This document shows positions 8,656-16,075 of a DNA stretch of 19,898 bases, piece by piece. The notes under the pieces are model-generated. The model ran no database searches. It was given only the letters and a program-made list of their open reading frames with translations, and was not told the origin of the DNA. Each line of letters opens with the position of its first letter. Position 1 is the stretch's first letter. This stretch comes from Promethearchaeota archaeon. Its GTDB lineage: Archaea > Asgardarchaeota > Lokiarchaeia > Sigyniarchaeales > SOKP01. The position numbers were made by a program, and so were the translations under genes. The stretch lies in NCBI GenBank assembly GCA_048937405.1, contig JBHLNF010000009.1, positions 203,196 through 223,093 of the forward strand, in the 5' to 3' direction.

Positions 8656-10173
8656 ATGATGATTGACATACTTGAAAACATCCCTGATTCCACTATAATG
8701 AGAGACAATTTAGATTTTAAATATTTTTCAGCAGGAAAATGGAAAAAATCATCTTCTGAAAAAAAAATTGAATTAAAAAATCCCTATAACCAAGAATTAA
8801 TAGGAACTGTATCTGCGTGTTCTATTGAAGAAGCTGATCAGGTTATAACCGTAGCAAGAGAAAATTTAGAATGTTGGATTGAAAAAACGCAGAGAAAAAG
8901 AGCGGATATATTAAGAAAAGCAGCTAAATTGATGAAAGAATGGGCAGATCCCTTAGGTTATATTTTAATGAAAGAAATAGGCAAACCTCTAAAAAGTGCT
9001 AAATCAGAAATAATCAGAACATCCGAATTATTTGAAGCTACCGCTGAAGCAGGATTGCAACAAGAAGGAGAGGCAATATATGGAGACGCCTTTAAGGGTT
9101 TTGGTAAAGATAAGCTTTCAATGACCTATAGAGTTCCATTAGGTGTGATTCTCTGTATTGGTCCTTTTAATTATCCATTTAATCTTACAGGGTCTAAAAT
9201 CGCACCAGCATTAATGGCAGGAAACACAGTTGTTGTAAAACCTCCATCTCAAGGAGCAATTACTCCATTATTTTTTGGATTAATTTTAGAAAAAGCAGGT
9301 CTTCCTCCTGGTGTCATGAATATAATAACGGGAAGAGGATCTGAAATTGGAGATTATTTGGTTCAACATCCTCTAGTTAATATGGTGAGTTTCACCGGAT
9401 CCTCAGAAACAGGAAAACATCTCGCTAGTGTTGCTGGAATGAAACCATTATTACTGGAATTAGGTGGAAAAGATGCTGCTATCGTACTAGATGATGCTGA
9501 TTTAGAATTAACTGCTGATGCTATTGTTTCAGGGGCTTTTTCATATAGTGGACAAAGATGTACCGCTGTAAAAAGAGTTCTTCCAATGCCAGGAATTGCT
9601 GATCAATTAATAGAATTGGTTAAAAAGAAAATATTAGCTTTAAAGGTGGGGAATCCCGAAGAAAATGCAACTATCGGACCCCTTATAAATTCAAATCAAT
9701 GTGATTATGTTCAAGGTCTGATAAATGATGCTTTAGAGAAAGGTGGCACCTTAATTTGTGGCAATAAAAGGGAAAATAGCATTATGTGGCCAACATTACT
9801 GGATAATGTTACTACTGAAATGAGAATAGCATGGGAGGAACCATTTGGTCCTGTTTTACCTTTCATACGAGTCCATAGTGCCGAAGAAGCCATAGAAATT
9901 TCAAATAAATCGGAATATGGTCTTCAAGGAATGATTTTCACAGAAAATATCGATTTAGCTTTTAATATTGCACAAGAATTAGAAGTGGGAACTGTTCAGA
10001 TAAATGGAAAAAGCGAAAGAGGTCCTGATCATTTTCCATTTTTAGGAACCAAATCTTCAGGCTTAGGAACTCAAGGAATAAAATATTCGATTGAAGCAAT
10101 GAGCAGACCGAAAGTCATTGTTATGAATTTATCTGAAAAAGGAAAATTAGTAAAACAATGTAAATATGACTGA
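8656..10173 (+). CDS. gapN: Non-phosphorylating NADP-dependent glyceraldehyde-3-phosphate dehydrogenase (ALDH superfamily)
   Basis: PLGVILCIGPFNYPFNLTGSKIAPAL, KPPSQG, ELGGKDAAIVL, GAFSYSGQRCTAVKRV, MRIAWEEPFGPVLP, RGPDHFPFLGTKSSGLGTQGI; AGGAG Shine-Dalgarno upstream. Confidence 0.9.
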   Translation: MMIDILENIPDSTIMRDNLDFKYFSAGKWKKSSSEKKIELKNPYNQELIGTVSACSIEEADQVITVARENLECWIEKTQRKRADILRKAAKLMKEWADPLGYILMKEIGKPLKSAKSEIIRTSELFEATAEAGLQQEGEAIYGDAFKGFGKDKLSMTYRVPLGVILCIGPFNYPFNLTGSKIAPALMAGNTVVVKPPSQGAITPLFFGLILEKAGLPPGVMNIITGRGSEIGDYLVQHPLVNMVSFTGSSETGKHLASVAGMKPLLLELGGKDAAIVLDDADLELTADAIVSGAFSYSGQRCTAVKRVLPMPGIADQLIELVKKKILALKVGNPEENATIGPLINSNQCDYVQGLINDALEKGGTLICGNKRENSIMWPTLLDNVTTEMRIAWEEPFGPVLPFIRVHSAEEAIEISNKSEYGLQGMIFTENIDLAFNIAQELEVGTVQINGKSERGPDHFPFLGTKSSGLGTQGIKYSIEAMSRPKVIVMNLSEKGKLVKQCKYD

Positions 10174-10189
10174 TTTTTCTTTAAATCTT

Positions 10190-10241
10190 CAATTCATCCC
10201 ATTCCTAAAGGGAGGGGATTTTTTAGAGCTATTATGATAAA
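10190..10241 (-). mobile_element. Solo IS200/IS605-family end remnant (subterminal hairpin); may also act as a gapN terminator
   Basis: The minus strand reads TTTATCATAATAGCTCTAAAAAATCCCCTCCCTTTAGGAATGGGATGAATTG. It contains an imperfect GC-rich hairpin (10196-10219, TAAA loop) followed by GATGAATTG, with TTTAT about 20 nt 5' of the stem. No tnpA/tnpB is nearby. Confidence 0.55.
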
Positions 10242-10276
10242 CTTTTTCTTAAAATCACGATTTTTAAATCTATTAT

Positions 10277-11044
10277 ATGCCAGCAAAAAATTCTGAATTA
10301 TTTATATTTTTTGACGATGGTAATGTTCTCAATGATAATAAAATTCGAGGAAGACAATGGCATCAGTTAATTGGTGAATATTTTTCACCGAGATATGGTG
10401 GAGAACCAAAAAAATGGGGTATTGCGAATGATAGGATAGTCGAGAATTTCAGGAGTAAAGAAGTTCCAAAATTGATATTTGAAAATAGAGATAGATCTTT
10501 CAATACTTTTATAGAATTATTTATTGAAAAATGGATAAATGATTTGTTTGATTTTGTTGGAATTAAACGTCCTGAAAAAAAATTATATAAGGAAATCTAT
10601 TATAATGCCTCTAAGTCTATTGATCTCAAAGTTAAAGCAGCATTTCCAGGAGTTATTAAAAGTATTATAAATCTCTATAATAATGGATTCAATCTATATA
10701 CTGCTTCAGGAACAGAGTCCATCGAATTGGGGTACTATTTAGAAGGTATGGCTATTAAAAAATACTTTAAAAGGTTATATGGTCCAGATCTAATTAATAT
10801 TCTGAAAGTTAATGATACTTTCTATAAAGCTATTTTTAAAGATATTGGAATTTTACCAGAACAAGCAATTATTATTGATGATAAACCATATTACTTGAAT
10901 ATTGCTGAAAAATTAGGTGCTAATGTTATTCAAGCTTGTTTGACTCGAGAATTTGATCCCCAATTCCCATATATTATTACTGATATGAAAAAAATTTCTC
11001 TCATTATTGAGGAAGTAAAAGAGAATGAGACAAATATTGATTAA
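10277..11044 (+). CDS. HAD-superfamily hydrolase
   Basis: Motif I FFDDGNVL, FPGV...L, motif II ASG, motif III Lys (ILK), motif IV IIDD, then A..LG. Confidence 0.85.
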   Translation: MPAKNSELFIFFDDGNVLNDNKIRGRQWHQLIGEYFSPRYGGEPKKWGIANDRIVENFRSKEVPKLIFENRDRSFNTFIELFIEKWINDLFDFVGIKRPEKKLYKEIYYNASKSIDLKVKAAFPGVIKSIINLYNNGFNLYTASGTESIELGYYLEGMAIKKYFKRLYGPDLINILKVNDTFYKAIFKDIGILPEQAIIIDDKPYYLNIAEKLGANVIQACLTREFDPQFPYIITDMKKISLIIEEVKENETNID

Positions 11045-11129
11045 AACAAAATCTAAAAAGAACACCATAACAAACGCTATCTTTTCAAGATTACCAAAAT
11101 AAAATATTTTAGATCGGCTGAACTCAATT

Positions 11130-11657
11130 TTAATTTGTTAGTTGAATTTCAAGAATTTTTCTAATTAATTCACGAAGAGCCTCATTTACAGTGCCAACAC
11201 TCTTCGGAGATGTTTCAATGTAGATTCCCCCTTCATCTCTGACAAATTCACGGGCTTTCTCTCGAACATCTCTTTTTTCTTTTTTTTTTAACAATTGAAC
11301 ATTGTTTCCAATTAAGATAAAAGGAATAAATCCAATATATTTTGTAATATCAATTAACCACTTTATTGCTTCAGTATACATCCCCTCTTTGGTTAAATCA
11401 AAATTTATTATTGCTCCAGAAGCTCCTTTGTAGAATAAATGGCGATAGAAATTAAATCTAGGTTGGTCAGCAATATCCCATATGCTTAAAGTTGCGGTTT
11501 CTCCATGTATATACTCTATATTTTTTGTGAGAATATCAACGCCTACAGTTAATTTGTAGTTTTTTTCAAACCTATCTTCAACTACCCTTTCAATTAAACT
11601 TCTTTTCCTTAAATTATAATTCCCCCGTAGTATTACCTTTAGTTTAAAACCCGTCAT
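11130..11657 (-). CDS. Rab-like small GTPase fold with degenerate nucleotide-binding motifs (probable pseudo-GTPase)
   Basis: The scaffold is retained (FKLKVIL, F...YKLTVGVD, LSIWDIA.Q.RF, FYKGASGAII.FDLT, IPFILIGN, YIETS.K, VNEA). G1, G3, G4 and G5 are altered. Confidence 0.88.
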   Translation of the reverse strand: MTGFKLKVILRGNYNLRKRSLIERVVEDRFEKNYKLTVGVDILTKNIEYIHGETATLSIWDIADQPRFNFYRHLFYKGASGAIINFDLTKEGMYTEAIKWLIDITKYIGFIPFILIGNNVQLLKKKEKRDVREKAREFVRDEGGIYIETSPKSVGTVNEALRELIRKILEIQLTN

Positions 11658-12068
11658 ATTTACCTAAATATAAAGTTGGTTTTATCCCATTATTAAATAT
11701 GAAAACCTTAGTATATAAATCTAATTTTCTAATTTGTTTCTTATTTTTAAAAATAACTTTGAATTCAATTCTCAGAAATCTAAATTAGTTTTTTAGAAGT
11801 AATAAAGTTCAATTAATATAAAGATCAAAGCATATAAACCATATATCCCAAATATAATTATAAGCTATAGAAAAATAAAATCTAAGTTAAGGATACCAAC
11901 ATATCCGATTACCATCAAGTCAATTTTTTTCATACTTAAATTTATTTAGATCTAGATCATATTATATTAGAGTTTCACAAATATGTTTAATCTTTTTTCT
12001 TTGTTTAAACCATTATTTAGTCGTGTGCATAAATTATTCTAAAAGTTATTTAAATAGAGAAGGAGTGA

Positions 12069-13055
12069 ATGAAGTTGGTTAAATTATCTTCAACAAAATA
12101 TAAAAGAAACAAAATAAAGGGCATTATTCTTGTTGGAATAATTGAATTTATTGCTATAGAATTATTTAGATATATGTTCCAGATCCCCCCTTCTTTTTTT
12201 TATTACTTGATATTAGTAGCTCTTTATATTCCACAAATTGGTTTTTTTACTTTTTTTGATTATTTATCGAAAAGAAAACCACGTCCTAAAAAAGAATATC
12301 AAGTCAATGAATATCTTACATTAAAACTTGAAGGCAAGGCAACCAATATATATGTTAAAGGAAAAGAGTTCATTCAATGTAAATTCTTGCTATTGAATAT
12401 TCCTATTGATAAGGTTAGAGATTTTGATGATATTAAGTCAATTGATGAAGCCGCTGAAAAATTAAATCGTGAATTAGAATTTCAAAATAAGTATAAACCT
12501 AAAATTTCACCTGAAACAGAATTTTGGGCTCATTGCTCTAATTTGCAGGTATGGGTTGAACATAATTATAATCCTCGACTGCTACATAGTAATTTAGCTT
12601 TTCCTTTATTAAATGTCTTAACCGATGCTGGAGATCCTATTGCAAAAGAAGTATTTAAACAGGAGATTAAATTACGATTTGAAAGTTTCAATCCTTCTAC
12701 GCAACAATGCTTAATAGAAATTGGATATTTAGATTATTTCAATCACGAGGAAAGAGAAGAATTATTCAAATTAATTTTAGATGAAAATATATGGATTAAA
12801 TTTGGTTATAACTATTTGAATGCTGATAGATTAGTGAAAGCTCTCGACTCATTTCACCGCGCAATAAATATTAATCCAATAAATTTAGAATCACTACTAG
12901 GTATTGCCCAAGTGTATATTAGAAAATGTGAAAATGATAGAGCTTTGCAAATTTATAAAGAAATATTGGGATATTATCCAGAAAACCCAAAAGCTCTGAG
13001 AGGTAAATATTTTTTGAAAAAAAAAATAGAGATAGATCTGAATAAAGAATTCTAA
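12069..13055 (+). CDS. Membrane protein with two N-terminal TM helices, a Lokiarchaeal-type conserved domain and C-terminal TPR repeats
   Basis: Hydrophobic residues about 18-37 and 43-63; central VNEYLTLKLE..TNIYV.G.EFIQCKFLLLNIP..SIDEAAE..PETEFWAHCSNLQVW.E.NY..RLLHSNLAFPLL..L...GDP.A; two TPR-like units ending INPIN and YYPEN; AGGAG upstream. Confidence 0.75.
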   Translation: MKLVKLSSTKYKRNKIKGIILVGIIEFIAIELFRYMFQIPPSFFYYLILVALYIPQIGFFTFFDYLSKRKPRPKKEYQVNEYLTLKLEGKATNIYVKGKEFIQCKFLLLNIPIDKVRDFDDIKSIDEAAEKLNRELEFQNKYKPKISPETEFWAHCSNLQVWVEHNYNPRLLHSNLAFPLLNVLTDAGDPIAKEVFKQEIKLRFESFNPSTQQCLIEIGYLDYFNHEEREELFKLILDENIWIKFGYNYLNADRLVKALDSFHRAININPINLESLLGIAQVYIRKCENDRALQIYKEILGYYPENPKALRGKYFLKKKIEIDLNKEF

Positions 13056-13259
13056 AATAAGATAAAATTAGATTTTTATTAATCCTCCATTCATTCTATA
13101 TAGAAATAATCTTATAAATAAAATTATTTAATATTTCTTTTTTTTTTAAAAAGTATCTTTAAATCACTTCGAGATGAAAAAATCATAAATTATATGCAGG
13201 AAAATATATAAAATAACGATATTTTTTTTAGGAATAAAAAAGTTATTAAGGTTAATATT

Positions 13260-15218
13260 ATGGGAATGGAAAATATAGATCCGGAACAATTAGAAAAGGA
13301 AAGGTTAGAAAAAGAAAGAATTGAAAGAGAACAGTTTGAAAGAGAAAGAATTGAAAAACAGAAAATGGAGAATAAGCTGTTTCCTAATAATTCACTATTT
13401 ATGATCCCTAGTTGGAGTGATTTACTAGGGTATCCTACGTTAGGAACTTATGTTCATCACCCAGTATCAAAAATAATCTCAGATCCAGTTATATTTTTAA
13501 GTGGTTACGATTATTCAATTGAGACCGCAAAAGGAACACTTCATTACCTTTTTGGTTTAGGATATTATTTCCTCAAATTTGAATTAGAATCTGGTAAGTA
13601 TATTACTGATAATAGAATACTAACTGGACTAGTGCTAACAGACTTTGTTTATGACCACATGGCTACTTCAGGAAATATTACTTTAGAAGAAGATCGAGAT
13701 GTTATCATAGCAGAAAAAGTGATTAAAGTTCCAGTCGATTTGTCTTATAAATCAGAAGAACATTTGACTTTCATAAAGGGTGCAGTAATGAGAAATGTTT
13801 TCATACCTAATAAAGATATATTTTTGGAGTTGATGGAAACAGTCCGTAAAGATGATTCTTATCAAATAGCTGAACTTGGACATATGATTTTGAGTACACA
13901 TTGGGATTTTTTCAATCAAATATTAGTTTCTGATAAAATGGGAGAAAAACCTGGATCTTCATATCTTAACTCAACAGCGGGATTAGATGGGATTATCTTA
14001 GGAGCAGATCAACATTTACAAGAAACCATCTCTGAGGAAAATCTTAGTATTATTGAATATAATATCAACTCATTGAAAAATATTTATTCTAATCTTGAGT
14101 TTGATCCAATGGACCTATTCTCCATATTTGAAAAAGCAGCAATAATGTTGAATTCCAGCATCCCAGAACGCTCTCTGAAACAGGGAGACTCAACTACTGG
14201 AAAGACATCTAAACATTCAATTTTTGGTTCTGCTGAAGATCGCCTATATGGATTTATCAGTTGGTCGGTACAATTCCAGAGAAAAGCAAAAAAAGAACCA
14301 TCAGTTGTACCTAAAATAGTAGAACAACCCACATACCTTCACAAAAATAATATTCAAATTTCCGATATTGGATCCACGGAATTACCGGACTACAAACCAG
14401 AAAAATTTGAATTAGATACATTAAAATCTGAAAAGGTTCAATTTAAATCGTTACCCACTCCACCTAAAGCTGATACTAAAGAAATTCTATTATATTTAAA
14501 AAAATTGATCGAAGAAAATTACGAAATGAGATTGATCGGACAAGCGTTTGAAATTGCTAGGGAAACTATGAGGCAAATTGGTGTTAACTCTACTAAAACG
14601 CATCAAGCAAAAATATGGGAAATGAGCAAATATGCTAATATTTACCTAAAAAAAGAACCTACCTTTGGATTGCCAATAAAAGAAAAACAAGAATTAATTA
14701 AAAAAATAGATAGTTGGCTTTTTGAAATCGAAGAAATTGAAAGAAATGAAAAAGAAAGATTAGAAAGAATTCTTTTGGAAAGAAAGAGATTAGCAAGGTT
14801 AGAGGAGGAACGAAAAGAAAGAGAAAGACAAGAAAAGGAGAGGCAAGAAAAAGAACGTCTGGAACGAATTCGAAAAGAAGAGGAAAGAATAAAGCAAGAA
14901 CAATTAGAAAAACAACGCCTAGAGAAAATAGAAAGAAAAAAGCAGGAGAAGGATAGAAAAGAAAAGGAACGATTAAAAAAAATCGAAAAAGAAAAGCAGG
15001 AGAAAATCAAAAAAGAGATGGAACGTCTAGAAAAAGAGAAAGAAGTTATTAAGGCTATTGAAAAACAAAAACAAGAACTTGAAAAGCTAAAACAAGAAAG
15101 AAAACAAAAAGAAAAGAAGTCAAAACGGGAAGCTAAAAAGCGAAAAAAACTTGAAAAACAAAAAAGAAAAATAGAAAAAAAGATACAGGAAGAACAACAA
15201 AAGTTAGAGGATCTATAA
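13260..15218 (+). CDS. Hypothetical protein with a globular core flanked by E/R/K-rich charged helical (SAH or coiled-coil) segments
   Basis: 652-aa ORF with N-terminal EKERL/ERERI pentads and about 165 C-terminal residues dominated by E, K, R and Q. Confidence 0.8.
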   Translation: MGMENIDPEQLEKERLEKERIEREQFERERIEKQKMENKLFPNNSLFMIPSWSDLLGYPTLGTYVHHPVSKIISDPVIFLSGYDYSIETAKGTLHYLFGLGYYFLKFELESGKYITDNRILTGLVLTDFVYDHMATSGNITLEEDRDVIIAEKVIKVPVDLSYKSEEHLTFIKGAVMRNVFIPNKDIFLELMETVRKDDSYQIAELGHMILSTHWDFFNQILVSDKMGEKPGSSYLNSTAGLDGIILGADQHLQETISEENLSIIEYNINSLKNIYSNLEFDPMDLFSIFEKAAIMLNSSIPERSLKQGDSTTGKTSKHSIFGSAEDRLYGFISWSVQFQRKAKKEPSVVPKIVEQPTYLHKNNIQISDIGSTELPDYKPEKFELDTLKSEKVQFKSLPTPPKADTKEILLYLKKLIEENYEMRLIGQAFEIARETMRQIGVNSTKTHQAKIWEMSKYANIYLKKEPTFGLPIKEKQELIKKIDSWLFEIEEIERNEKERLERILLERKRLARLEEERKERERQEKERQEKERLERIRKEEERIKQEQLEKQRLEKIERKKQEKDRKEKERLKKIEKEKQEKIKKEMERLEKEKEVIKAIEKQKQELEKLKQERKQKEKKSKREAKKRKKLEKQKRKIEKKIQEEQQKLEDL

Positions 15219-15243
15219 ATTATTCCATAAAAATCCCTACCTT

Positions 15244-15954
15244 TCACTTAATTTTAATGCTAAGATCAAAAAAAGACTCCCCCTTGTTATCAGAGATATA
15301 AATTTGATCAATTTTACATAAAACTTCTCTATTTAATGCTTTTTCTAATATTCCTTCAGAAATTCCGCACATTATATGAAGATGATATACAAAATCATGA
15401 GAATTTTCTAGAAAAACTGAATTTTTAAATCTATATGTAGCATTTTGACCTTCATGATCTATATTTAAAATTGTTATATTGATATTTGGCTGAAAAATAT
15501 CATAAGAAGAGTATAAATTTTTAAAACTATCTAAAATTATTCTGGAGAGAGGATGAGATTTTAGAGTCCTCAATTGTTTTTGAACATTCGGGCCAAAAGG
15601 AAATTTAATATAATTGGCGGCTTCTTTTCCCATTAAATGTATCAATTCCTCGCTATTTGGAAAGTATTTTTTAAATTTCGATAAAAGAGCTTTATAATAG
15701 GTAATCGCAGTCTCAAAGGGTATATATTTTTCATTCTTAGCAAAAAATAGTTTATATGCTCCGACCTTCTTACTAAAGATTTGGTTTGTGCGATCAAGAG
15801 TAAGAACATATTTGGAAACCGTGTTTCTTGAAAAATTTGTAAGATTGGCGATGTCTGAAGATGTAACTCCTCCAGGGTTATCTCTTATACATTCCAAAAT
15901 CACATATTCATGGTTAATTGCGTTTTTTCTGTCAGACGTAATTCTTATCACCAA
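15244..15954 (-). CDS. Winged-HTH transcriptional regulator with a C-terminal V4R/Bet3-like ligand-binding domain
   Basis: N-terminal ILECIRDNPGGVTSSDIANLTNFSRNTVSKYV..L....I...KVGAYKLF (wHTH). C-terminal MGKEAA...YRFKN...HIMCGISEGILEKAL...V resembles V4R-type domains; that part is inference. Confidence 0.75.
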   Translation of the reverse strand: MVIRITSDRKNAINHEYVILECIRDNPGGVTSSDIANLTNFSRNTVSKYVLTLDRTNQIFSKKVGAYKLFFAKNEKYIPFETAITYYKALLSKFKKYFPNSEELIHLMGKEAANYIKFPFGPNVQKQLRTLKSHPLSRIILDSFKNLYSSYDIFQPNINITILNIDHEGQNATYRFKNSVFLENSHDFVYHLHIMCGISEGILEKALNREVLCKIDQIYISDNKGESFFDLSIKIK

Positions 15955-15994
15955 AAAATTAAGTTTAGATCTCTTTCGGTAATTAGCAAAGGAA

Positions 15995-16036
15995 ATATTT
16001 ATATATTAATTTATCAAAAATTTAATATATAAATAT
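15995..16036. promoter_or_regulatory. Back-to-back divergent archaeal TATA boxes forming a perfect 15-bp inverted repeat
   Basis: ATATTTATATATTAA (15995-16009), a 12-nt spacer, then TTAATATATAAATAT (16022-16036). Each strand has an A-rich BRE-like tract immediately upstream. Confidence 0.65.
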
Positions 16037-16055
16037 GATCACTATTCATGATCAT
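16035..16055. promoter_or_regulatory. Candidate operator palindrome
   Basis: ATGATCA-N7-TGATCAT is a perfect inverted repeat between the + strand TATA box and the start codon. Confidence 0.6.
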
Positions 16056-16075
16056 TAATTATCAAGGTGCATAAA

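Noticed and set aside
11699-11788. 29-aa + strand ORF MKTLVYKSNFLICF...
   Set aside because: It is short, AT-rich, overlaps the probable promoter of the GTPase-like gene, and has no supporting features.
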